From NCBI GenBank assembly GCA_001642005.1, contig LWCA01000041.1:1-64000 (forward strand): a DNA stretch of 64,000 bases. The letters are read 5' to 3'. Positions 1 through 12,575 of the stretch are shown one piece after another. Position 1 is the first letter of the stretch, and the number at the start of each line of letters is the position of its first letter. The notes beneath the pieces are model-generated. The model was given only the letters and a program-made list of their open reading frames with translations. It did not search any database and had not been told where the DNA came from. The translations under genes were made by a program, and so were the position numbers. This DNA is from Intoshia linei (taxonomy: Eukaryota; Animalia; Orthonectida).

Positions 1-462
1 GAACATTCTGTTAATGTAATGAACTGGCCATCGAAGTCTCCTGATCTTAACCCAATAGAAAACTTATGGGGAATTTTGGCAAGGTTTGTATACAAAAATG
101 GCAGACAATTTAAAAATAAGGATCAGCTGGCGCAGATAATATTGACAGAATGGGAAAATATCCATAAAGTGTTATTGAAAAGTTAGTATTGACAATGAAG
201 GATATATCTCTTGAAGTTATGATCAATAAAGGAGAAAAGACACATTATTAAATTGTAAATACATTATTTTAATTATAGGTATCCTATGTTTATTGCGCGG
301 CTAATTAGCGATTTGTGTGATAACTTCATATAAAAGTGGCAGAAGAAAAATAATGGTATCAACAAGCGTATTTTGAATAGAGATGAAATATTCATGAAAA
401 TTAATGTTAATAGACCAAAAAATAATATAAATCGGTTGGACATATGTTTATTGCGCGCACTG
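1..462 (+). mobile_element. 3' end of a Tc1/Tc3-like (DD34E) transposon: frameshifted transposase C-terminus plus right IR/DR terminus
   Basis: Frame +1 reads WPSKSPDLNPIENLWGILAR, the Tc1-family WPxxSPDLNPIE motif. After a frameshift near 184 it continues VLTMKDISLEVMINKGEKTHY* (stop 249-251). The 15-mer tatgtttattgcgcg occurs at 285 and 443. The element ends in CACTG followed by TA (463-464). Confidence 0.9.
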
Positions 463-499
463 TATAAACTAACTTAGGTGACAACCAGGTTTTTTATAA

Positions 500-1385
500 A
501 TCACAATCTTCAAGAGTTAATGAAATTATCTTTGTAACCAAAATTAGTGAGTTCTGCTACACGATCCGAACACTTTAAGATTAATAAACTTTAAACTTTC
601 ATCAATAATAGTTATTCATTAAGTCTTTAACGAAATTTAATCTGAACAATAACTTCGACCGTGTTGCAGAACTCTTAGCTGTGAATTTTATATACAACTA
701 AAAAGTTTAATGTGTAAAATTTTATTTTTGTAGGCTTCAGTTACTGTCCATTCGAATTGTCAAAATTACATTTTTTCTAACATTATTTTTAGATAATACC
801 ATCGGAATAGGAAAAGTTTTAAAAATTGTAAGATAGCCAATTTGTCATGTAATGTTTAAAATTGTTATACTCATAATAAAATATTCACATTAGTTATTAT
901 TTTTACTGAATAATGGTGAAATCTCTCATTGGTCATAATAATGGTTATATTGTCAAACAGCTGGTAGAGTTGTCTTAAGTCTAAATATAATTAACTTGTA
1001 TTTTGCAATACTAACTGAAAAATAATTATCAATGGGTCAATGTCTAATAAAAACTATAATTTAGTTATGTAAATTAATATTTATTGTGGTACAAAAGTAA
1101 ATATATTTTGATATTATCACGAAAAAAATTTCTTTGTTTTGTGAGTTTAAATATAAATTTCTTTCAACATTAATTGATTTTGATTGTGCATTTCTCAATA
1201 AAGAATACAATAGGGGAGGTTTTGCTTCATATTCGTTGATATATTTTTAATATCATCATTTATTTACGACGTACATTGTACGTATGTGTTAATGTTCGCT
1301 GGATAGTGAGTGTGGATTCTTGTTCCATCTTAATGACATCAAGTAAATACAAGGATTTCGTCTTTGATTTAATTGTTAAATTCAT
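500..1385 (-). other. Possible small multi-exon gene or pseudogene, product unknown
   Basis: Minus-strand GT-AG micro-intron-like segments (e.g. 981-1015 gttagt...tttag) and short open frames (MNLTIKSKTKSLYLLDVIKMEQEST; LRQLYQLFDNITIIMTNERF). I could not assemble one consistent frame. Confidence 0.25.
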
Positions 1386-2380
1386 AAGATTTTTTTATTT
1401 CGGAAAGAGCTAGTTGAGTGGGATTTATCAATCTAACAAATCTGGAAATCATAATTTCCAAACTATATATAATTATAATATAACTAGGTTGATTGTTATG
1501 TACTACCTACAAACAGCAGCTAGCTCTCCGAAGGCACATTTTTATTCTACTAAAAAATTAAATTCACGTTAAAAATCTAACTTAAAAATCCTACTATTTA
1601 CTATTATCAATCCTTTCAAGGAGTGGTTCTCAAACTTGTTTGAGGTGGAACCGTCATATCACATTACTTTTTACTTTAGATTGAATTATTCCATCTTAAT
1701 TTTGTTGTTAACAATTGTGTAAAGAATTTTAAAAACAATTGTTATCCCATTTTTTTAATTTATTAGACAGAATATATTGTATAATATTAAATATAGTAAA
1801 GTATTTAATATAGTATAGTATAATAATTTTAATAAAGTATAAACAGTCCAATCCTAAAAATTGTCATAAATAGCATAAAATTATAAAAACCTATTTTGTC
1901 ATTTTCAATGTGATAAATTATCACTGATAATATATTCAGTACCAATTTAGTAAATATTTTAAAATACCAATTTTGTATCTAATTAACGGAATCACCAATT
2001 TATAAACATATTTCAGGTGAATTTTATCAATATTGCAAAGTATTGTAATAAATATAAAAATTATAATAACAAAGTTGTATTACTTTTAGTAATTCGTTGT
2101 AGTTTTAATTTAAATTTCAAAATAAATGTTATGAAAATGAGAATTAAAAATTGCGTTGCAATGAAAAAATTTCCGAAGGAATGAATTATATAGATTTTAA
2201 CCCATATTTCTTTATTGGAAATGTGTAGACTCTACACATTTCCATTACATATATGGCAATACTTATATGCCGTTCAATTTTTTATTTTATTGTCAACTTT
2301 ATATTATTATTTATTTACATGTTATGTTAATAATATAAATAAATTTTATTATTTATTTTCAGAATTTCTAGATGTTGATA

Positions 2381-2740
2381 TCCCAAAGCCTAGACGACCG
2401 CTACATTATTATTTCAAAAATCTCACTTTTATGATAAATATCCCATTAATAAAAGTTAATAAAAATACCATTTCAAGCTTTAAGAAAAATTGACTTTAAC
2501 CGATATTTTATCTATCTATTATACCGAAAATGTGATGTTATGAAACCTTATATAAAAAATCCACTTAATCAACCACAAAATAAAATATCCAATTTTACCA
2601 ACGCTTAAGAGAAATATCCTCTTTTTTCAATATTATTTTGAAAAATCTTATAGCAACTTCACAATACAAAATAAAAAATTAAATTTTACCAACCCTCAAT
2701 GAAAAATACGATTTTACTAAATCTTATGATGAAAAACCTT
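2381..2740 (+). repeat. Dispersed repeat family, copy A (inverted copy at ~33860-34081)
   Basis: tcccaaagcctagacgac (2381-2398) is identical to the reverse complement of 34064-34081, with continuing similarity and internal attttaccaac units. The right boundary is approximate. Confidence 0.7.
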
Positions 2741-3289
2741 TAATTTTTTCATCAATGTTTCCCTTGGGGTGCAAAAAAATATATAATTTGAAATTCCCCG
2801 TATATTATTTTAACCGGTAAATACTGCATTAAAACAATGAAAACATTTTGATTTTCATTCCACTTAACCTATATTTGCAGGTCATTTCATATAATTAATA
2901 ATCAACCATTATTATCATCAAAAAAATAAAATGTTTTACGAATGTAAAACTTATAATTATATCCGAAAAAGCTTTAGTATAATCATAATTCTGATGCTAG
3001 TCATTTTAAGTTAAAATTTAACGGAATTTTTGTAAATTTTACTTCAAAGTTAATCAAGTCATACAACTCAGTCCGTTAATCAGGAATTTTTCCCGTTACA
3101 TAGGAAATATCCTGTACTAAAGCTTATGTTTATAAATAAAGAACATCGTTTTCAATGTAACCATTTGAAGATTCATGAGAGGGAATGACCCTTAAATTTA
3201 ATATAATATACTTCAATTAACGTATAATTATACGATTTAATCCTTCAAAACTAATACATTACAAAAATAGTAGTATTTTTAATTTATAA

Positions 3290-6200
3290 TTATATCAATA
3301 TACTTAGGGTGTCTTCAATCCTAAAATACATTGAAATGAAATGAAAATTCATCAAAACCTATTTTTGGTAGCACCATCCAAATCTTTCTGACGCATATTT
3401 TTCATAGTATCCACTATATTATGGGTTTCCAATATATCTATTTCATCTGAATGTGTTTATAAAATATTTTGATAAACCGATTCATACATATTGAGCAATT
3501 TATTGCTAAATTGTGTACGCACGCAATGCTGATATTCATGTATTTCAAATTTTTCTAAATTACAAATCAGTTATATAAAAAAAAATTTTTATTTTTTTCC
3601 AAAAATGAATTACCAAGTTCATTTCAATTATATTGAGAATGGCAGAATTTTCGAAAATCATCTGTTGACACGGAGGTATAGAGCAAAAATTTGCTAAAAA
3701 ACACAGCATCTAAAGTAAACTCAATATCAGGATATTATTTTAAAACTTGGGTATGTAGTGATTCGTTGCTATCCGAAAATTTAAGGTAACGCACAATTGC
3801 TTTGAGAAATTCACCAGAATAATTTTGAAACTCTTGTAATTTCCAATCCTAGAAATGCACATTGAAGTAAAATAAATAAATACGTACTTCACCACAAGCA
3901 GCGTACAAATTTCTCAAAAGACCAATTGTTTTTTCTTGTATCATGGCATTATGATCTCCACTTATAATATCCAAAAAAAATTGTAATCCAATATCTTTTA
4001 CAAAATTAATTTTAAATGTTTCGTTTGCAGTGTGCATTATGTTCTTAAAAGTAAATCATAATCATAAACAAATTACCATCAAGATCCATGTTGCATAAAA
4101 TCTGATGTTAGATTTCTCTTGTTTGTCCATTAAAATAACAGTAATGGATTCAACAAATTTCATGTTGGGGTCCAATAATTTCTAATCATAAAATTAATAA
4201 ATAGTTTTTGCATGTATATAAAAAAGAAAACGTAAAGAATTTCAGAAGAAAATATCTTCAAATATTAAACGTTTCCATTTTGAACCAGTAAAATGGTTTT
4301 TATATTTATTTATAATATTGTGTTATAAACTTAAAACAATAAATTAAAATTAACGAGTAAAAAAATTGAAAGGTATATACATGAAAAAACCCTGTCGTGT
4401 TTCAGAATTTAGATACATTGGTAAAATTGAATTTCGCAATAAAACTGTATAATTCCTTTGTTAATATTTGGTAAGAGTGGGACTTTTAAGGAGTGTACAT
4501 TTAATTATTTGGTTTATCTTTGGCATTTAGGTTTGATAATCTGGGTTTTTATTAAATGTTTGTTGAATGGTATTTTTCTCTAAAAATGTATCAAAAAAAA
4601 TTATTTTCTCCAAGTTTTAGTTATTTTAGTTTAAATTTATGTTACAATATACAATTGTAAAATGTATGTAAAATATTATTCAAATTTCCTACTTTGTATT
4701 AGAGTTCTGCGACAAGTCAGAAGTTCGTGTTCGGGTCATGTTGACGAGCTTTTGAAAGTTCGCGTTTCGGACCGTGGTGCACAACTCTAATTCGTACGTA
4801 GTACAAAAAAGCAACATAATAATTATATATTTATATTACTCGTCGAAGGTGTGACAAATGCAGTACTAAATTGCATAGACAACAGAGACTGAATTTCCTC
4901 AAATTGTATGGATAAGTTGGTTTCATATTCTTCAAAAAGATATTAAAAATATTGAAATTTTTACCTCTATGAGACAAATAGCATATTCATTATCTATGAA
5001 AAATTTCCTTAAAAGTTTAGGAGATCGAGATATAGAAATCAAAAAATATGTGCAAGCCATTCTAGTACCCAAATTTTCACATTTTAAATGTTTTAATATG
5101 GGTCTACTTAAACTGGGTGTTTCTTTTTTAAAGCTAATAACCTACTCTAATAAAGAACATATTTTACAAATACAATACCGTATTTCTAATACTTTCGATT
5201 GATTCCGTCAAAACTGAAAAAAGTTTATATGCATTCTGAATAAGTAAATCGGAATAACCTATATTTATTAAAAATAACTGAATTACGATTACCGTAGGTC
5301 ATAAATAAATTATCCGGTTTATTTATAGGAGTAGAAGTAGAAATAGTTTGACTCAAAGTTTGTATTATATCTTCAATTGGATAAGCGTGCATACACAATT
5401 CCTGGTGACTCTTCAAAAGAGTATGCAATATGCTTCCAGCTAAAATTCTAACAACAACATCATATTTTACATTACACAGTCGGCATAAAGTCGGAAGAGT
5501 CTAATGATAATTAAACATTATACAAAGCTTAACATATTATCATTGTCTATTATGAAACGGTGAAAGTGTATATATATTTTTGCGTTCTGTAAAGGTGGCA
5601 AGTTAATGAAAATTTAACATGGTGATTTTCATGGTGGGCAAATTGCTATTTCTTATTTATTATGCAAAAATTGTATACATATTCTTCTCGAATCGGTACC
5701 CCTTCGCGGAGATACACCTGAAACGATGTTATAAATTATAATTACGTAAGATATAGTCAAATTTAAGAGTGTTTTATTAGAATCCGCCATGTAAAAATTA
5801 GCAAGACTAAAATAATATATACGACGTCGATTACTACATTACATGTTACATGAACGAACTTGCACAGTCATATCCACATGTTCACGGATATTATATATGA
5901 GAATTTCTGTGATATACCGTTCAGCCACAATTACTATAAATAATTTAGAAAATAATACAAAACCAAACTTTTCATCATCATAAAGACAACATGCTTATGT
6001 TCTTGTGCTAAAATGCTCATCAAGTTCAAAGATGAAATTTGGTGCTAAAATAGTCAATATTTAAAAATTACAAATATACATTTATTTTGTCTGATAAAGT
6101 ATGTTCGAAAATCTGCAGCAATATAGCATCGTCCCATACATCGGTAGTTATAAAGTTCTATATTACATTTATAAATAAAACATGACAACTCTCGGACCTA

Positions 6201-9048
6201 CTAACTGATGAAATTAAAATATTTTTCAGTTAAAAAATATAAATATAAGATTACATATCTAAATTTAGACTGGTATATTATGAATTCATATTTTTGATAC
6301 GAATCTACCAAGATAAACAGACTCAACATACAGAAGTCGCTCTCAAAAGTGGTTATTCTATGAACTCTATATTATAGAGCAGTAATTCTCAACCTGTGGG
6401 ACGCGGGTCATTTTGTGGCCGTTTTGAAATTGTTTTGTCCCTTTTTAAAAAATTTAATTTAAATTTATTCGTACTAAAGTAGTGTGCCAATTTCTTAAAA
6501 ATATATATATTTTAACTGATGTTAGTGTAATTAATAATTACTAATTATGAATAATCTCAACAAAAAATTGCAAGGAAAAGATAAAACAATAATTGATCTT
6601 TAGGAAAAATATTATAATATTTAGAGAACAATTAAACTTTAATTTAAAATGTATAATTTCTAAAGTACGGCTGGCTGATATTTCTTTTTCTCCACCACTT
6701 CTTCAAACAATTGTGATATTAATTTCAACGATAAATTATTATCCTATCTTGAAGAAATACAAAATTCATTTGAATGACGATCTAAAAAATTTCTATTGGA
6801 ATAATTGTTGAATTTATTCGTAGTCCTTTTTATGCAAATCTCTAAATATTCCAAGAATTTGAAAGAATGGGTATGCAAAATGCAAAACTGGAATTTATTG
6901 CCTTTAAAAATAGTTTCTCAGTAAAAGATATTTTATACATATTGATAATAATTTACTAAATCCCATACAAAAATGGCTAATGATTAAACATAACCAACAC
7001 TTTTATAAATTGCACTCATGTGTACTGGAATTATTGACATTATTTGAAACAAAATATTCATGTCAATCTGCTTTTTCGAATATAGCGTTTATTAAAAACA
7101 AATTTAAAAGTAATTTCATCTAAATCTAATCAATATTTGGACGTTATGATATGATTAGGAATATCACAAACTTTACCGAGATTTCAATTAGCTGCAAAAA
7201 AAGCCAAAATTCTCATTAATTGTCAACTATTATATTTATTACAAAATTGTTAATTATCATTAATTATATAATAAATATTTCACAAATTTTTTTTAAAAAT
7301 AAATTATCTAATATAAAATGAAGTACATTAAAAATATAGTAAGTGGATTTACACTTTTTTGTTTCATAAATTTTCTAGCAATAAAATAAAAATTGTGGCC
7401 TGCGATGGTTATAAATTATTTGATATTGATAAAATGTGGTCTTTCGGAAAAATAGGTTGAGAACCCGTTATAGAGCCTATAAGGATGTTATTAAATTGAA
7501 TGTGTGGCATTAAACTATTAATGTACAAAATTGTGATAAGAATTCAACGTTATTTTTGCCGATCATGCAGCATATAAACGTTTTTTCGTTATTTATTAAT
7601 TTCATTAAATGGTGAAAATGCGGTTGGTATATTTTTGGTGGTTTTGGAGTTACAATCAAATTAAACAGTAAAAAATGAAGTTGTTGGACCGTTACAATAT
7701 ATCTAAAAGATTTGAGATAATAATATTAACTACCTGTAAATTAAATTACCCGTAAATATCAAAACTACTGTTCTCACTTTTGAGAGTAACCACATTATTA
7801 AAAATTACTTGAACCATTTCTTCATCGTGAAACATTGTGGAAAGTGTATCGCAGACCATAGGTATTATGAAACAATCCTTTTTAAACCTTTTTATCGATA
7901 TCAAATTTATTAAACGGGTAAGGATTTCTTTATTATCATAAAAATATACTTTCCAATTCAATTCATTAATGCTAATGACTGCATTGATAAGATATAATAT
8001 GGAAACAATCAACTTTTCATTTTCTATTAGCAAGTATGATGACACAGTAGCCATGAAATTTTCACTTAAAAATTTTTTCGCGTTTTCAGACAACAAATTG
8101 AAATTACTTTTAAAAATAACGGTAAATATAGAGCAGATACATGCTTTTATTTGTGGAGATGTGTCTGTGAAATTAAAAATTTCAAATATTCTAAAATTAT
8201 TATAATAATAATGCTAACAATTATTAAAAAAAATTTAAATTTTATAATAATAATTTGTAGTCATTAAAAAACGGTAATATAGGGATGTAATAAAGATCTT
8301 AAAATCTAAACATATTCTGAAATCGCCTTCTTATTTTTGAACTTTCAAAATAATATTTTTCGTGTTAATATTAATACACAACACATAACCATTATATGTG
8401 AATGAATACAATTATAATGTTATGACTCATAACTTATGAGCAACACTATACATAATATTTAGTTGTAAAAATTGGTTAAAATAACTCCCGCATTGGTCAA
8501 TATGCAATAATATAGTTAAATTAGAGTGCCCATGATTTATGAATCATAACAAAATGACATGTACAGGTGGATTAGAAATAAAATTTAAATGACGGGTCGG
8601 TAGTACCGATTATTATTACCGACTCGGTACAAATTTGATAATGCCATATTTAGACTGGTATGGGTAGATAAAAGCCGGTAGCATATGGTTATACTACATA
8701 TTATGTTAATATTGTTGAAGTGAGATATAAAACAGAAGACGGCTAAATAAAGGCATATTTTTAACCAGATGCATAAACTTATGAATATTTCACAGTATAT
8801 AGTTATTGTTCATATAATGTCTGCATTAAAGTGAAAATAACATACCTTATAATCATTTCCGAGTTAACTAATTTTCTGATGTTATACTCATTGCACATAA
8901 TTGTATTTCTAACTTGACTAAAAGGAATTAACTCATAAAAAGTCCAATTTTACCAAAGGCTTCCCAACCATTTATCAGGGTTATCATCCTTCAAACTTTG
9001 CAAGTTACATGTAAATGCTTCACAGGGATTCTTCATTTCAACATCCAT
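3290..9048 (-). CDS. ARMC8: Armadillo repeat-containing protein 8 (GID5/CTLH complex subunit), multi-exon
   Basis: Spliced exons read MDVEMKNP...LKDDNPDKWLGSLCQVRNTIMCNEYNIRKLV, TLPTLCRLCNVK...AGSILHTLL, ISISRSPKLLRKFF, LCCLCNLVLHLS, IQEKTIGLLRNL. These are collinear with recalled ARMC8 segments (KTLPCLVRMCSK, LHSLSRSVQQLRTSF, MLCNLLLEFS, LGLLRNL). The stop position is the best-fitting of two options. Confidence 0.8.
4700..4789. mobile_element. 90-bp hAT (Ac-type) MITE in an ARMC8 intron
   Basis: Termini TAGAGTTCTGC...GTGCACAACTCTA are inverted repeats. The flanks ctttgtat and attcgtac are a degenerate 8-bp TSD, both fitting nTnnnnAn. Internal aagttcg repeats. Confidence 0.55.
6380..7467 (+). 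mobile_element. Internally deleted Buster/Charlie-type hAT transposon in an ARMC8 intron
   Basis: TIRs CAGTAATTCTCAACCT / AGGTTGAGAACCCG. Perfect 8-bp TSD ttatagag (6372-6379, 7468-7475) with central TA. Decayed transposase C-terminus near 7065-7185 (SAFSNIAFIKNKFK...LGISQTLPRF). Confidence 0.85.
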
Positions 9049-9179
9049 ATTAGATAAATTTAAAAATATATTTCTGTAACGTTGACTCTCTGTCAACTTG
9101 ACATTATGAAGTTGAGATTAAAGACTGAAATAAACGTATCATATTAGTTTTATTTTTTATTTGCACGGTTTGTATATAT
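9049..9179. promoter_or_regulatory. Putative bidirectional promoter between ARMC8 and sideroflexin
   Basis: Only 131 bp separate the divergent ATGs. The gap contains palindromic gttgac-n5-gtcaac and tgtcaa-c-ttgaca. Confidence 0.55.
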
Positions 9180-12100
9180 ATGGATGAATCAAAATTAACA
9201 AATTGGAACAAATCAACATTTTTAGGAAGATTCAAATATTTCGGTTGGCTGACAGATTCAAGAAATATTTTAAAATCAAATAAAGAGCTATATAAAGCTC
9301 GCGATATTATTAAAAATTATCAGTAAATTTTTATTTATAAATGTATATTATATACCGTGGATTCTCACAAAAAAAATCCCGACCACTTCTCAAAGAGTAA
9401 TTTTCGGGGAGATTTAGTGTAACAACTTAAATGAATTCTGTAATGTATAAATTTTGTATTCCGCTTCTTATTAAATTATTTTGAAATTGGTCCCATAAAT
9501 ATACAAAGTATATTATACAGTATAAACCAACAATGCTTTATTGACCTTCATCGCTGAGTTTGCCGCACATAGATCATTAAACCAATATTTGAACAATTTT
9601 TTGATTTTGAATTTATTTTGAAACGTGGTTTATGAAATACTGTGACAAGTTAGACCAATACTAGGTAGCGAGTTCTGTGTAATTGTCAGAAATATGTACG
9701 AATTCAATGACTTTCATTTAACTTTTTAATTCGACCTTCATAAAAATGAAATTTGTTGTAAATATGAAATCTTATCGATATCTGCATTATGTTATTTTTA
9801 AATTTAAAATTAACTGGACAAGATAGCAAGTTCAGATCACAATAATTTTATGTATTTTTCATTTTATATATATTTTGTATTTGTATTTGTATACACATAT
9901 TTTGTATATTATTGTATTCAGGTAAAATTATCTATTAATTATGTATACATTACACTGTAATGATTACGAAACTTAATGTATAAAAAATAAAACCGTAATG
10001 AATATTAATTATTTAGAAATAATGAAAAAGTGAATATTAATAAAAAAGACTTATTTAAAATGAAACAACTCGAGGAATCATCTTTTCATCCAGATTCAGG
10101 AGAATTGCAAAACATATTTGGAAGAATGTCATTTCAAATGCCTGGAAATGTTATGCTCACTGGTCTTATGTTATTTTTTTATAAGTAAGTTACAATGTAC
10201 AGTGCACTGTTGTGCTTTGTGTGTAATGTTAATGTGCGCTAGTACATATAACGTATGTATGACATTCATTGAATGTCTTATGAATTCGTGTATTTTTCAC
10301 TTTACTCATCATTCTTTAGTTATATTAGGGTTGTATTATTAATACGCCAAATATTCGGTCCCTCAGCATCCATGTTGTACAGAAACCACTGCAGTTGTAT
10401 ATACTGTATATAATTTTACTTTATGATTAGATCCAATTTACAAGTAGCAGTGATGCAATGGGTAAATCAATCTTTTAATTCACTTGTCAACTATACTAAC
10501 AGAAATGCTAAAATTGAAGTTTCCAAGAAGTAATTACAATTTAAAGCCTACATATTCGTTTTAGAGAAATAGGAGTGTCTTATTTAGCTGCTACCACTTG
10601 TGCTGTTTCAGCTTCCTTGTTGTTCAGAAATTTTTTATTAAAGGTTATTTAAATATGTGATTGTGATAATTAATATATTAGAATGCTCCACCAATGTACC
10701 AACGATTTGTTCCAACATTTGCTGTATTCATGGCTAATTTTATAAATATCCCTCTGACTCGACAAAAGTATAAGTGGACCATATTTATAGTTGATATATT
10801 TTATAGAGAAATTAAGCAAGGAGTTTCCCTTTTTGATGACAACAATAATGAAGTGGGTCGGTCTAAATTGGCAGCAATAAAAGGAATATCTCAGGTTTGT
10901 ATTTCTAGAAACATGATTGCTCTTCCACCCATGAGTAATTACTTTTAATATATTAACATAACATTTAATATGTAAACATGACTAAAGAACATTTTATATA
11001 TAAGGGGTTTCTCAACAATATATTTATATTATTATTACATTTATTATGTATTATAATAATATTTTGCGGGACCATGGTTCCACAGTTCTGATTTTTCCAT
11101 AAGATTCATTTATGTATTAAACATATATTTTTCTCAAATAATTCCTAGTTAAGAAACCATAATATAGTGTTCCTTTTGAGAACATTTTAATTGAATAAAG
11201 TGTTTTAGTTATAATTGTGATATATTAAATAGAATTTAGTTTTATTAATGTTATTTAGTTTGTGTTCCTCTTTTAATGGAACGCCTTGAAAAATTTAAAA
11301 TATTTAAGAAAAATAAAAGCCTAGCGTTTATCACACAATTGGTTATACTTGGATCAATGTAATTTATTTTATTCATGAAAATACTTAATTTATGAATGGA
11401 ATCAAATATTGTTTTGATGTAATATCGATTCTCAGTAATAAAATTAATTTTCACATTTACAATGCGTAGTGTATATTATAATTATAATATGTAATTATTT
11501 ATAATTCATATAAAGTGAGTTACTAGGGCTATTCCATTTTTGAAATGTAAAAAATATATGTATAAGTAATGATTCACATTTGGTGCAGAATCATATAAAT
11601 ATTTTTTTCGTTTTTGTCTAAAAAAACCCACATCTTTACCTTTTTCATAGCAACATTTTTCTCTTAGTTTCAAATTGAAACTTTCAATCTTTTTTCCTAA
11701 TATTCGTATATGTCATAGACAACATGACACTACTAATGTAATTATGTGGATTAACAATATAATATATTCTAGTCACAGTTACATTTTGCAGACTTTTTTA
11801 TAAAATTATGTAATCTCAAAAAACAACATGCATTTATTTGAACTGGGTAAAAATATTTAAAATACTTATATTTACAGTGAGTGGGCTTGTTTAGTATGAG
11901 AAAAACTTTTTTCTATGGTATTAAATAAAATAATACGAAGACACTGTATTTGAAGCAAGACATTATTTCCGTGTTTCATGCGCATTCAATGAATTTAGTG
12001 TACAAAGCCTAGATTCACACATACTAAACAAGGCACCGCTCACTGTTAATTATTTTTCAGTAGTAAAAGTAATTTTATCAACTTTCAAAAATCATACATT

Positions 12101-12570
12101 ATAATTCATCATTTTGTGAATATTTTATTACCGTAAAACGATTAAATTTTCAAATCATTTCTATATTCGAATAATTCGATATTGTTGCAATATAAATTAA
12201 ATTATCACTACCCAGAATTACCATCAAAATAAAATTTTTAAATGAAGAGACGCGGGTTTCACTTTATGGCCAAAATGAAAAATATTTGTCATTAAATGCA
12301 TCTCATTTTCTATGAATTTTTATCATTTAAAAATAGTCCAAAATGAAATAGCACTATTAGTTATATTTAAAACATTTTTAACTTACTGTTATTTAGGCTT
12401 ATTGTGTCTGTTCCATTTGGTTGTGCTATATTTCCCCAAAAATGGTAAAATATTATAAATAATTTTGAATTGTATTTAGTACGATTAATTCAAAATTTGC
12501 AACATTTAATAATGAAGAGGACAAAAATAAAAATAACAAAAAAATACTTTATTTTAATAAAGGCTTATGA
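9180..12570 (+). CDS. SFXN2: Sideroflexin (most like SFXN2), multi-exon
   Basis: WNKSTFLGRFKYF; FHPDSGELQNIFGRMSFQMPG; QWVNQSFNSLVNYTNRNA; NIPLTRQKE; C-terminal YFNKGL*. The family call is firm; the paralog assignment is less so. Confidence 0.88.
11875..12045. mobile_element. 171-bp Tc1/mariner-type MITE in a sideroflexin intron
   Basis: TIRs CAGTGAGTGGGCTTGTTTAGTAT versus reverse-complemented CAGTGAGCGGTGCCTTGTTTAGTAT. Preceded by TA; the right flank reads TT. Confidence 0.75.
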
Positions 12571-12575
12571 TTTAT

